Assembly (NCBI GenBank): GCA_040876835.1 | Contig: JBBDOX010000016.1 | Span: 23,414-87,413 of the forward strand | From: Candidatus Anderseniibacteriota bacterium | GTDB taxonomy: Bacteria; Patescibacteriota; Andersenbacteria; UBA10190 | DNA: 64,000 nt | Direction: 5' to 3' | In this document: positions 48,561 through 57,918 of the stretch, piece after piece | Layout of the letters: each line of letters starts with the position of its first letter | Numbering within the stretch: position 1 is the first letter of the stretch | The notes under the pieces: generated by a model | Database searches by the model: none | The model's input: the letters and a program-made list of their open reading frames with translations, nothing else | What the model was told of the DNA's origin: nothing | Made by a program: the position numbers and the translations under genes

Positions 48561-49526
48561 TTATTCAACTTCTTTTTCTGCGGTGGTGCGCTGCAGATAT
48601 TCGTCCCGCGCTTTCTTTACGTCTTCAATTGCCTTAGCGCCTAGGCCCGGGATGTCCTGAATCTGTTCTTCGGTAAGATCCATTACCTGCTCAACCGTAG
48701 TGATTCCAATGCGTTCCAGAGCGTTATGCACTCGTGATGGAAGTTGAAGAAGGTTCAGTGTGTTTTCTGGCATTTCTGGCTCTGGTTCAACGGAAGGCTC
48801 TTCCTCCGCCTGTGGTCGATGATCAGTTAAGGTTCCTTCCAGATCCCCGGTCAATTCTTCAAAGTGGTCACGGAGAATAGAGGCTGCCTGGCGCAGAGCG
48901 TCTTGAGGAGTGACTGTTCCGTCAGTTGTAATTGTCAGCTTTAAGCTGTGGTAATCAGTTGCTTGCCCGACACGAACATTTTCCACTGAGAAGCTAACGC
49001 GTTCAACGGGAGTAAATACCGCATCTAGAGCAACAGTGCCGATTGGTCGTTCCTTAGCGTTGTGCGTTTCGGAAGGAACATACCCTCGCCCCTGCTCAAC
49101 GGTGCAGATAATTTCCAACTTGGCATTCGCATCCGTTAAGGTTGCGACATGATGTTCGGGGTTAGCAACTGTAACTTCCGGGGGCGTATCAAAGTCACCA
49201 GCTGTCGCCGCTTTTTTCCCGGAGACTGTCATACGAATTTCAACTGGGTCCTCGCTTGTTGAAGAAATTTTTACTGCTTTCAGGTTAAGCATAATTGTCA
49301 CTAGGTCTTCCTTTACGCCCGGGAGAGTGGAAAATTCATGATTGGCTGTATCAATTTTCATCTCAGTAATAGCGGCTCCTGGTAGAGAAGACAGCAGCAC
49401 GCGTCGTAGGGCGTTGCCTACGGTTGGTCCGTAACCGGGATGATATGGTTGAATCGTAAAGGTGGCTGTGTTAGCCTCCGACTCTTCAGCGGAGATATTC
49501 TCCGGTAGATAAATTGGTTGTAGCAT
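48561..49526 (-). CDS. rpoA: RNA polymerase subunit alpha
   Basis: GYGPTVGNALRRVLLSS, HEFSTLPGVKED, alpha-CTD. Confidence 0.97.
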   Translation of the reverse strand: MLQPIYLPENISAEESEANTATFTIQPYHPGYGPTVGNALRRVLLSSLPGAAITEMKIDTANHEFSTLPGVKEDLVTIMLNLKAVKISSTSEDPVEIRMTVSGKKAATAGDFDTPPEVTVANPEHHVATLTDANAKLEIICTVEQGRGYVPSETHNAKERPIGTVALDAVFTPVERVSFSVENVRVGQATDYHSLKLTITTDGTVTPQDALRQAASILRDHFEELTGDLEGTLTDHRPQAEEEPSVEPEPEMPENTLNLLQLPSRVHNALERIGITTVEQVMDLTEEQIQDIPGLGAKAIEDVKKARDEYLQRTTAEKEVE

Positions 49527-49557
49527 AGTTCGTGAGTTACCAATGAATAATTAATTA

Positions 49558-50160
49558 TTATCTTGCGAAAAACTCGACGATTGCCCGGATGTCGATTCCC
49601 AGGTTTGCCTCTTCGGCGGTGGGCAGGCTCGTCACTTTAAAACTGAATGCCTCTGGGGTCAATTCAACCCATGAAGGGACGCGGGCATTCTGAACTCGCT
49701 TTTCGAAATTCGTGAAGTACTGAGATTTTTGCTTACCTTCCCGGACAGTGACTACGTCTCCGGGCCGAAGCAAGTATGACGGAATGTCGGTGGATCGGCC
49801 ATTAACTTGAAAGAACTTGTGGGAAGTCATCTGGCGCGCCTGTTTGCGAGTCTGGGCAAATCCGGCCCGGAAGATAGCGTTATCTAGACGTCGTTCTAGA
49901 ATAGTGATGAGAATATCGCCTGTTTGTCCGCCAGCGCGCTTTGCCTCGCGGTAGTACTTACGGAGCTGCTCTTCTCGGATCCCGAAAGTTTCTTTCAGGT
50001 CCTGTTTTTCCTGTAGTTGCGTGCCGTATTGACTCTTACGTCGAGGGCGCTTGCCTGGGTTGCGTGACTGTCCTCGCCCGCCTGGACCACCTGGCTGGGC
50101 CCCTGGGGCCGCCCCGGAAGCTGTTTTTACTGGTTCTTTGGTTGGTGCTGCGTCATTCAT
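49558..50160 (-). CDS. rpsD: 30S ribosomal protein S4
   Basis: SQYGTQLQEKQ, LERRLDNAIFRAGFA, IVEFFAR. Confidence 0.95.
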   Translation of the reverse strand: MNDAAPTKEPVKTASGAAPGAQPGGPGGRGQSRNPGKRPRRKSQYGTQLQEKQDLKETFGIREEQLRKYYREAKRAGGQTGDILITILERRLDNAIFRAGFAQTRKQARQMTSHKFFQVNGRSTDIPSYLLRPGDVVTVREGKQKSQYFTNFEKRVQNARVPSWVELTPEAFSFKVTSLPTAEEANLGIDIRAIVEFFAR

Positions 50161-50177
50161 AAGTATATGCGGTTAGA

Positions 50178-50570
50178 TTAGACGCGTCGGCGCTTAGGCG
50201 GACGGACGCCGTTATGAGGGATGGGGGTAATATCGCGAAGAGAGGTAATTTGCAGACCACTGGCGCTAAATGCCCGCACAGCTGACTCGCGAGCGCTTCC
50301 AATACCACGCACAACAATTCCTGCTTCTTCCATACCAAAAGGCTTTAGTCGCTCCATGATATCAGCTACAGCCTGTTGGGCAGCAAATGGCGTGGCCTTG
50401 CGAGCTCCCGCAAACCCGACCCGACCAGCGCTGCTGGTAACCAGAACACTTCCAGTTGCATCAGTTATAGTGATCAACGTGTTGTTGTAGGTGGATTGAA
50501 TAAAGATCATCCCCTGCTTAACCTTGCGTCGGGCTTTGGTCTTCTTCTTAGTTTTTGTTGCGGTTGCCAT
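50178..50570 (-). CDS. rpsK: 30S ribosomal protein S11
   Basis: STYNNT, TPFAAQ, TPIPHNGVRPPKRRRV. Confidence 0.97.
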   Translation of the reverse strand: MATATKTKKKTKARRKVKQGMIFIQSTYNNTLITITDATGSVLVTSSAGRVGFAGARKATPFAAQQAVADIMERLKPFGMEEAGIVVRGIGSARESAVRAFSASGLQITSLRDITPIPHNGVRPPKRRRV

Positions 50571-50588
50571 AAAACAATATAATCAAAA

Positions 50589-50981
50589 TTAGGTCTTTTC
50601 GGCAGCTGCCTTCTTTCCGCTGCCGGCAGTTTTGCGGACGTTCCCACGCACAGTACGGTTGTTTGTCTTGGTTCGCTGGCCGCGAACAGGTAGGCCCTTA
50701 CTGTGGCGCAATCCACGATAGCTGCCGATATCCTTGTATCGCTTAATATTCATCGCTACATCGCGACGCAATTCTCCTTCTACCTTGACATTTTTTTCAA
50801 TATATTCACGCAGTTTCTGTTCCTCGCCTGAGGTAAGTTCAAACGTCTTGGTGTTAGGATTAATACCAAGGTGGGTTAGTGCCTTATTACTCGCAGCTCG
50901 TCCAATTCCGTAAATATACGTAAGGGCGATCTCGATGCGTTTTTTGTCTGGGAGAGTAACTCCACTAATACGTACTGGCAT
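50589..50981 (-). CDS. rpsM: 30S ribosomal protein S13
   Basis: [16 protein letters not shown]...[11 protein letters not shown]. Confidence 0.97.
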   Translation of the reverse strand: MPVRISGVTLPDKKRIEIALTYIYGIGRAASNKALTHLGINPNTKTFELTSGEEQKLREYIEKNVKVEGELRRDVAMNIKRYKDIGSYRGLRHSKGLPVRGQRTKTNNRTVRGNVRKTAGSGKKAAAEKT

Positions 50982-50984
50982 AGG

Positions 50985-51098
50985 TTATCCTTGTCGTTGC
51001 TTATGTTTCGGATTTTCGCAAATAACGAACACTCGTCCCCTGCGGCGCACGGTTTTGCATTTAGCACACATCTTTTTTACTGAAGATCGAACTTTCAT
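50985..51098 (-). CDS. rpmJ: 50S ribosomal protein L36 (not in the ORF track)
   Basis: Manual translation [37 protein letters not shown]. Confidence 0.96.
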   Translation of the reverse strand: MKVRSSVKKMCAKCKTVRRRGRVFVICENPKHKQRQG

Positions 51099-51103
51099 GA
51101 GTG

Positions 51104-51319
51104 TTAGAGTCGATGAGTTATTCGTCCTTTGGTCAGGTCGTAGGGAGACATTGCCACCTTCACGCGATCACCCGGCATAACTCGAATTCTGTGAACTCTC
51201 ATTTTGCCAGATAAATGGCCGATAATTTCCTGTCCGGTATCGAGCTGAATTCGAAACTGTGTATTAGGAAGCGTTTCGGTAATTTCACCCTCCACCTCTA
51301 CGACATCTTGTTTACCCAA
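51104..51319 (-). CDS. infA: Translation initiation factor IF-1 (TTG start)
   Basis: [33 protein letters not shown]. Confidence 0.96.
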   Translation of the reverse strand: MGKQDVVEVEGEITETLPNTQFRIQLDTGQEIIGHLSGKMRVHRIRVMPGDRVKVAMSPYDLTKGRITHRL

Positions 51320-51481
51320 AGCTGTGACTTAAAAAAGTTAACCCCGCTTTTCGCAAGAAGGGCCCATAACGACAAAAAATCTTCTGTCGATTGTATGTAT
51401 CAGCCCAAAATCGTGCGAAACGGATGTGTTAAAGGATACGGCGCAAGCCGAAAAATGTCAAACGTAAACCCCCTGGAAGCG

Positions 51482-52888
51482 CTAGATATTAGTATTTGAG
51501 GAGACTTCCAGCTCTACTCGTTGATCAATTCGGGGAATGCTTCGCACCCAGAAAGGCCATAAATCGATAGAAGCAGACTCCACTCCACGCAAGCCCTGTA
51601 AGTATCCTTCAGCCTCGTCCTGCGGCCTGCCAGCAAGCTTTTCCTTGAGGGTGTCCAGGGAGAAATTAGGAACAGTCGTGTGCGTTACCCGAACCGTGAG
51701 GTTCCCCTCTCCTTTATCCCAGTCGATACTATCAACAGATTTGGTGAATGAGATGGGTCCGGGAAACAGCATGTAGTCTTCATCAAGGCGAGATTCAAGG
51801 GCTGCTTGCAGGCGTTCTTTTAGAACGGCTTCCTCATAGGCCATAACCCGCACGTTCATCGTACCGTCGTATGCGACGGCATCAATTTGTTGGCCGACTG
51901 CAGCACTAGTGTTAAACTGCGCCGCCTCGGCACTCCAGCTTTCCTCCAGGATAACCCAGCCCTTCGGCAGCTGGCGGCGAATTTCTTCTTCCGCTTTTTG
52001 TCTGGCGGCGGCCCCAGCTGCTTCCCGTGCCTGCCCAAGGTCACTTTCCTGAACGACTAACACTTTATCGCCACTGCCACCGGTAATTGGCCGGTTAACT
52101 TCGGCATATAATACACTGGCGGCTGAAGCGTCGAGAGCAGCAAAAGTCAGCCGTCCGGATTCAATATTTCCTTGAGGGCCGGGTTCAGCTGCTTCTACCT
52201 CAACCGTTGCCGTACTGTTAGGCTGTAGGATTGCATGCTTTTGCATTAAGAACAGAACGCCGTCCTTTGTAATCAGTCGGCTCTGTTCCCTGATTGGCTG
52301 CTCCTGGGATGTCTGATTGACCAGCGTGACTACCCCTGATGCTTTTTCACCAACCACCTGCGAGCTGATGACGGGGTTGGTACCGTTAACGGTAATGTCC
52401 TGCTCAAATGAAGTTCCGGGGATAACATTTGGATCAGCGGTAGTGCGGTTAGATAACACAAGTTGTTGATCAACCAGCAAGGGAGCAGTCTGTAGCGTTA
52501 AGGCAATGGTAGCTTTGGGCAGAAAGATTGTTGCTGCTAGTCCCAAGAGTAAAAGCACCAGTAATCCGAACACCGCCATGATCTGGCGCTCCTTATGACC
52601 GAGTCGAGCGGAAGTTTTTTTAGATGAGGCAATCGCAAACAGCGGCGGCTTATCCTGCGCAGGTGCAGAAAGGTCTTGGCTTCTTGCTTTGTGTCTTGTA
52701 GCTGCCTGCTGTCGCGGAACATGGACACTGGCTACGGGAACTTTCGATCCGCTGAAGCGGGACTTCTTGATTACCGGCGATTTTTTCGGACGATGCTTTT
52801 CATACAGCTTCCGAGCCTCCGGTGGTAACTCCTCTGGAATGGGTTCTTCTCGATGATTTTCTCGTCTATTTGACCGGATATCGCGCAT
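51482..52888 (-). CDS. Bitopic membrane protein with baseplate-J-like extracellular domains (CPR-type)
   Basis: Basic disordered N-terminus, TM, KASGVVTLVN, VEAAEPGPQGNI, ITGG, WPFWVRSIP. Confidence 0.7.
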   Translation of the reverse strand: MRDIRSNRRENHREEPIPEELPPEARKLYEKHRPKKSPVIKKSRFSGSKVPVASVHVPRQQAATRHKARSQDLSAPAQDKPPLFAIASSKKTSARLGHKERQIMAVFGLLVLLLLGLAATIFLPKATIALTLQTAPLLVDQQLVLSNRTTADPNVIPGTSFEQDITVNGTNPVISSQVVGEKASGVVTLVNQTSQEQPIREQSRLITKDGVLFLMQKHAILQPNSTATVEVEAAEPGPQGNIESGRLTFAALDASAASVLYAEVNRPITGGSGDKVLVVQESDLGQAREAAGAAARQKAEEEIRRQLPKGWVILEESWSAEAAQFNTSAAVGQQIDAVAYDGTMNVRVMAYEEAVLKERLQAALESRLDEDYMLFPGPISFTKSVDSIDWDKGEGNLTVRVTHTTVPNFSLDTLKEKLAGRPQDEAEGYLQGLRGVESASIDLWPFWVRSIPRIDQRVELEVSSNTNI

Positions 52889-52916
52889 GCGTCTTAGTGT
52901 AAGGTGCAAACCCTCC

Positions 52917-54695
52917 TTAGTCTAATACGGCCTTAATTCGCCGCACTCCCGCTCCAGCTGATTCTTCCTTAATAATTTTGAAATGTCCCAGCTCCCCGGT
53001 GCGCTTAACGTGAGGGCCGCCACAGATTTCGCAGGAGAAATTACCCATAGTATAGACGTTCACTTTTTCGCCGTACTTGTGCTCGAATAACCCTAAAGCT
53101 CCCTTGGCTTTTGCCTCCTCAACAGTTAGCTCTTCCCGCACAACAGGCATATCTTCGCTGATCTTCAGGTTCACGAGTTCCTCTACCCCCTTAATTTGCT
53201 CAGGCGTCATTTTGTCAGGATGGGAAAAATCAAATCGCAGACGTTCGGGAGTAATATTGCTTCCCTTCTGAAACACATGTGTCCCGAGTACAGTACGCAG
53301 CGCCTGGTGAAGTAGGTGGGTGGCCGTGTGATAATGTACCGACTGTGTTGAGTGATCGGCGAGACCTCCTTTGAATTTTTGCTCAGCTCCAGCTCGGGAT
53401 TTTTCCTGGTGAGCCTGTAGGGCTGCTTCAAAACCGCTCATGTCAATTCCCAGGCCATGTTCGCCCGCCAGTTCTTCTGTTAGCTCCAGCGGAAAACCAA
53501 AGGATTCATATAAACGAAATACATCTAATCCTGCCAGCACATCCCCTTTGAGTTTACCCGCCATGACCTTATCAAGCTCTCTTAAACCACGCGTTAGCGC
53601 TACTTCAAATTTCTCTATCTCTTTTTGTAGTTCGGTGTGAATTGTCTGCTGGTGCTTTGCGAGTGAAGGATAGATATCTCCATACTGATCAACCATAATT
53701 GCTACTCCTTCACGCAGGAGACCTGCTGTATTTTCTACACCCAGAACGCGACATGATCGGACAGCACGACGGATAACACGGCGGAGAACATATCCTTGAT
53801 CGGTGTTAGATGGCAGGATAGGGTGCTCATCTCCTAGCAGAAATGTCGCGGCCTTCACGTGATCAGCCACAATTCGTATATGCCGTTCATTGTGGTTAGC
53901 TGATTTACTGCTAATCAGGTGCATGAGGCCCTGAAACGAATCTATTTCATATATAGAGGTATAGCCGTTCAATACCATAACTGTTCGTTCTAATCCCATA
54001 CCAGTATCCACATTTTGCTGCGGCAAGGGTTTGTATTCGCCATCAGCTGTTAAATCAAACTGCATGAAGACGTCATTCCAGATTTCCACCCAGCGACTAT
54101 CCTCCGGATTGAATTCCCGAGGGGGTGTTTCTTTGCCCGTCCAGTAAAACATTTCAGTATCAGGACCTTGAGGGCCCGGCTGTCCTCCACCAGCCGGCCA
54201 CCAGTTTTCTTCCTTCGACAGATACGCAATTCTGGCTTCCGGCATGCCAACTTCACGCCACAGTCGGGCGGATTCTTCATCTCTTGGAGCATCGGTATCT
54301 CCAGCAAAGACGCTGACAGCGAGATACCGAGGATCAAGCTCCAGCCACTCTTTGGATGTTAGAAATTCCCAACTCCACCGGATGGCGTCTTCCTTAAAGT
54401 AATCACCGAGTGACCAGTTTCCCAACATTTCAAACACCGTGGCATGAGTGGCATCGCCCACTTCATCAATATCAGTGGTACGTAAGCATTTTTGCGTATC
54501 GGTTAATCGTTTTCCGGCCGGATGCGCTTCCCCTTTTAGATATGGGACGAGTGGGTGCATTCCGGCGGTAGTAAACAATACAGACGGATCATTCTCTGGC
54601 ACCAATGGAGCCGAAGGGATACGAGCGTGACCCTTGCTTTCAAAGAATGAAAGATACAGTTCGCGTAATTGGTGTATTCCAACTGTCTTTGGCAT
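52917..54695 (-). CDS. alaS: Alanine--tRNA ligase (short form without C-Ala domain)
   Basis: LFTTAGM, FEMLGNWS, VDTGMGLER, HTATHLLH, CGGPH. Confidence 0.96.
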   Translation of the reverse strand: MPKTVGIHQLRELYLSFFESKGHARIPSAPLVPENDPSVLFTTAGMHPLVPYLKGEAHPAGKRLTDTQKCLRTTDIDEVGDATHATVFEMLGNWSLGDYFKEDAIRWSWEFLTSKEWLELDPRYLAVSVFAGDTDAPRDEESARLWREVGMPEARIAYLSKEENWWPAGGGQPGPQGPDTEMFYWTGKETPPREFNPEDSRWVEIWNDVFMQFDLTADGEYKPLPQQNVDTGMGLERTVMVLNGYTSIYEIDSFQGLMHLISSKSANHNERHIRIVADHVKAATFLLGDEHPILPSNTDQGYVLRRVIRRAVRSCRVLGVENTAGLLREGVAIMVDQYGDIYPSLAKHQQTIHTELQKEIEKFEVALTRGLRELDKVMAGKLKGDVLAGLDVFRLYESFGFPLELTEELAGEHGLGIDMSGFEAALQAHQEKSRAGAEQKFKGGLADHSTQSVHYHTATHLLHQALRTVLGTHVFQKGSNITPERLRFDFSHPDKMTPEQIKGVEELVNLKISEDMPVVREELTVEEAKAKGALGLFEHKYGEKVNVYTMGNFSCEICGGPHVKRTGELGHFKIIKEESAGAGVRRIKAVLD

Positions 54696-54735
54696 GAAAA
54701 TACTATGACGCACAGGGCAGTAACTCGCAAGCATC

Positions 54736-54762
54736 AAAAAAAGAACGGCCACGTTTGACCGC
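54736..54762 (-). terminator. Intrinsic terminator of orphan ORF 54780-55073
   Basis: Minus strand GCGGTCA-AACG-TGGCCGT followed by TCTTTTTTT. Confidence 0.6.
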
Positions 54763-54779
54763 TGGGGGGGGAGGAGGCT

Positions 54780-55073
54780 CTAGTCCTCTCGAGTCAGAGT
54801 AATGTTAGCTACTCGGCAGAGGTTCTCCAGGCTGGTGCGATCTCGCTCCAGCTGCTGAATGTTTGCGAGGGCTACTTCTTCCGCCCGATGAAGCGACGCT
54901 CTTTCGTTGGTCACCTCTTCCTCGAGGAAGAGGTAGATGTGGCCAAGATCCACACAGGCCTGACTGACGGCTGGATCAGCCCTTCCTATGCGTCGCAGAA
55001 GGTCCAAAGTCCGCTCCGTCCTCGCCAGGTGAGCTTCAAGCGTTTTGATCCGACTCTGAACATCTAAAGACAT
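54780..55073 (-). CDS. Hypothetical coiled-coil protein (97 aa)
   Basis: AGGGAG SD, heptad pattern, own terminator. Confidence 0.65.
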   Translation of the reverse strand: MSLDVQSRIKTLEAHLARTERTLDLLRRIGRADPAVSQACVDLGHIYLFLEEEVTNERASLHRAEEVALANIQQLERDRTSLENLCRVANITLTRED

Positions 55074-55187
55074 GGAAGTCTCCCTGTAAACCAGGACGAA
55101 GGTATTCCCAGGCTCCTTTTCAGCCTACCAATCGTCTATATAGAGCGCAACAAGTGAAGGCGACAAGATGCCGTCGAGGGCCAATCC

Positions 55188-55874
55188 CTAGAAGTACTTT
55201 CGTTCCTTGGACTCCTTAAGGATTTCAAATGCTTCTTCAGCAGTATCGACGATGGTATACAGGTCAACATCCTCGGGGTTGATAGCCTCCAGGTCCTCGA
55301 CTAAGTTAGTGCGAATCCACTCATGGAGTGGGTTCCAAAATGGTTTGCCGACACAGACGATGGGCACCGACTCCATTTTCTTTGTTTGAATAAGGGTGAC
55401 CATTTCAAAAAATTCGTCCATGGTGCCAAACCCGCCCGGGAAGAAGACGTACGCCTGGGCTGAGGCTGACAGCATCACCTTGCGGGTGAAGAAATAATGA
55501 AATCCGATTCCGCGCTTCACGTATGCATTCCGACGCTGCTCTTGAGGCAGCTGAATATCTAATCCGACAGACTCACCACCACCTTCATACGCTCCGCGGT
55601 TGCCGGCTTCCATAATTCCTGGTCCACCACCGGTAATGACCGTAAATCCGTTTTCAGCCAAAATCCGACCCAGTTTCCGCGCTTCTTCATACCACCTGCT
55701 GCCGGCAGGAAAACGGGCCGAGCCGAAGAATGTAATCTCTTTGCGTAGCGGGTATAGAAATTCAAATCCCTCGATAAATTCCGACATAATCCGGAAGATA
55801 CGCCAGTTAGCATTATCCTCGAAGTCAAAGGGCTTATCGAGCGGAATATGTTTATCTTTTTCGTCGTATCGCAT
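55188..55874 (-). CDS. LOG family nucleotide phosphoribohydrolase (TIGR00730-like)
   Basis: FFGSAR, TGGGPGIMEA, YFFTRK, PGGFGTMDE. Confidence 0.92.
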   Translation of the reverse strand: MRYDEKDKHIPLDKPFDFEDNANWRIFRIMSEFIEGFEFLYPLRKEITFFGSARFPAGSRWYEEARKLGRILAENGFTVITGGGPGIMEAGNRGAYEGGGESVGLDIQLPQEQRRNAYVKRGIGFHYFFTRKVMLSASAQAYVFFPGGFGTMDEFFEMVTLIQTKKMESVPIVCVGKPFWNPLHEWIRTNLVEDLEAINPEDVDLYTIVDTAEEAFEILKESKERKYF

Positions 55875-56072
55875 GTGAAGGATATTACTAATACAAAGTT
55901 TCAAGAGTGCTCCTTATTATATCAGAGTTGAGCAGACGCTGAAACGAAGGATTTCGAGTATATGAAAAGCCCACTGACTTCGTAAAGTGGAGTAAGGTGA
56001 AATACTGATAAGACATGATCTTAGCAGGTATCATACTCATGAATGAACTATTGCTAAGCGTAGAGATGTCTC

Positions 56073-56104
56073 TCACACCAACGCAATACTCTGCGTTGGT
56101 GTGA
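56073..56104. terminator. 13-bp hairpin after the ATPase gene
   Basis: TCACACCAACGCA-N6-TGCGTTGGTGTGA. Confidence 0.6.
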
Positions 56105-56115
56105 TGCTTTGTTTA

Positions 56116-57915
56116 TTATAACGTCGGCGGTCGCGGACCGGAAAAAGCTGGTTGGCTGGAGGCAGGCTTCTCCAGACGAATTTTATTAGGTTCAACAGGC
56201 TTAGGCTTCTCCCCGACATCCTTTTTTTTCTCCTCTTTTATGATCGCAAAACAGTCTTTGCAGTACACAGGCTTTTCTGGATCAGGCTCGAACGGTACAT
56301 CTCCAGGCTTACCACAGCGATCACAGATAATGGAAAAAGCCTTACTCTCCTTCTTCTCTTTCTTTTCAACGTGGGGTTGGGAGCTGGGCGAGAAAGTTTT
56401 TTTCTGACCTCCTTTGGATGAAGAGACGCCTCCCAGAGCAGCGGCCAGGTCAGTGATGATTTCCTGTTTGGCAGGAGCAATAACGATGTTTTCAAGTTTG
56501 TCCGGTGGCGGAGTGCTGGGTTTTGCAGCTGGCGGTCGACGCGTGTCATCGCGGCGTCGACTCTGTTCACGAGGCGGGCGGTCTTCTTGTTCACTGAAAC
56601 TGCCTCTGCGTTCTACCCCTTCGGCCTTCCCGGTCTCTTCGTGGGCCACTCCACTCCAGCGGGCAATTTTCTCTTCCACTATTTCGCGTTTCCGACCATA
56701 GCGCTCGCGGGAAACTTTAACAACCCTTTCCGTACTATTATACGTTTCTGCCGCTGGTGGGATTGTCTGCATGCTGAACGGTGCGCTAGTAACCCCATCA
56801 ATCATGAGTTTCACGTAGGCATTAAATTTATCCAGGTTCACCAAATCAGTTTGAGTAAACTCAGGAGCGAATTCTTTTTCCAGATATTCGGCGTCAAAAG
56901 CACCGATACGGAAAGTAATGAGGGTGCCGACGTTTCCGAATACCGCATCCCGGACAGGCTCTTCCATCTGCGTAATATACTGATGAGCAATTATAAGGTT
57001 GAGGCGGTATTTGCGAGCCTCAGATAAAATAGCGGCAAATGATTCAGTGGCAAAGTTTTGGAACTCATCGACGTATAGGTAAAAATCCCGGCGCTCCTCT
57101 TCCTTAATCTTGGCTCGGTCCATCGCAGCTAGCTGGATTTTAGTGATCAACATCGCTCCCAGAAGAGCTGAGTTATCCTCACCGATTCGTCCTTTCGAAA
57201 CGTTAATCAATAGGATCTTCCCGTTATCCATAATATCCTTCATGTCGATCGTGCTTTTAGGCTGGGCCACAATGTTTCGGATAATGGAAGAGGATAGGAA
57301 CTGACCAACCTTGTTCTGAATCGGAGAAATTGCCTCAGACCGGAAGCGTTCATTGTAGTTAGCAAATTCGTTAACCCAGAAGGATTTCACGACCGGATCT
57401 GAAATACTGTCCACTACTTTTTTGCGGTAGGACTTTTCCGCTAGCATACGGGTGATGCCAAGCATGGTGCTGCCTGGATAATCCAAAAGAGCAAGGATTG
57501 TGTTCCGTAAAATATATTCCAGTCGTGGTCCCCAGGAATCCGCCCACATCTTCTTAAGAGCCGATACCAGACCAGAGGCTACCAGGTACTTGTATTCCGG
57601 ATCGATTGCTTCCAGTACGTTAAAGGCTACCGGGTGGTTTACATCCGCCGGATCGAAATACACCACGTCATTAATTCGCTCCGGCGGAATTAAATCAAGC
57701 AGGTGTTCGGCCACGTCGCCGTGCGGGTCCACTAAGGCTAAGCCTTTTCCATTTTTGATATCCTGAACGATCATGTTTTCGATCAAGGTTGTTTTACCTA
57801 CACCGGTTTTTCCAATCAGGTACACATGGCGACGACGGTCATCGGGATATATTCCAAATGGCCGGTGCTGGCCCCGGAAGTTTGTCTGTCCTACAACTGT
57901 TATCTCTTTAGGCAT
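56116..57915 (-). CDS. TraD/VirD4/HerA-like P-loop ATPase with C-terminal CxxC-x17-CxxC domain
   Basis: GKTGVGKT, DPHGD, LYVDEFQNF, SEARKY, AHQY; CDRC...PVYCKDC. Confidence 0.88.
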   Translation of the reverse strand: MPKEITVVGQTNFRGQHRPFGIYPDDRRRHVYLIGKTGVGKTTLIENMIVQDIKNGKGLALVDPHGDVAEHLLDLIPPERINDVVYFDPADVNHPVAFNVLEAIDPEYKYLVASGLVSALKKMWADSWGPRLEYILRNTILALLDYPGSTMLGITRMLAEKSYRKKVVDSISDPVVKSFWVNEFANYNERFRSEAISPIQNKVGQFLSSSIIRNIVAQPKSTIDMKDIMDNGKILLINVSKGRIGEDNSALLGAMLITKIQLAAMDRAKIKEEERRDFYLYVDEFQNFATESFAAILSEARKYRLNLIIAHQYITQMEEPVRDAVFGNVGTLITFRIGAFDAEYLEKEFAPEFTQTDLVNLDKFNAYVKLMIDGVTSAPFSMQTIPPAAETYNSTERVVKVSRERYGRKREIVEEKIARWSGVAHEETGKAEGVERRGSFSEQEDRPPREQSRRRDDTRRPPAAKPSTPPPDKLENIVIAPAKQEIITDLAAALGGVSSSKGGQKKTFSPSSQPHVEKKEKKESKAFSIICDRCGKPGDVPFEPDPEKPVYCKDCFAIIKEEKKKDVGEKPKPVEPNKIRLEKPASSQPAFSGPRPPTL

Positions 57916-57918
57916 GCG

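Noticed and set aside
47951-48637. 228-aa plus-strand ORF and many similar antisense ORFs in the track
   Set aside because: Shadows of well-supported minus-strand genes
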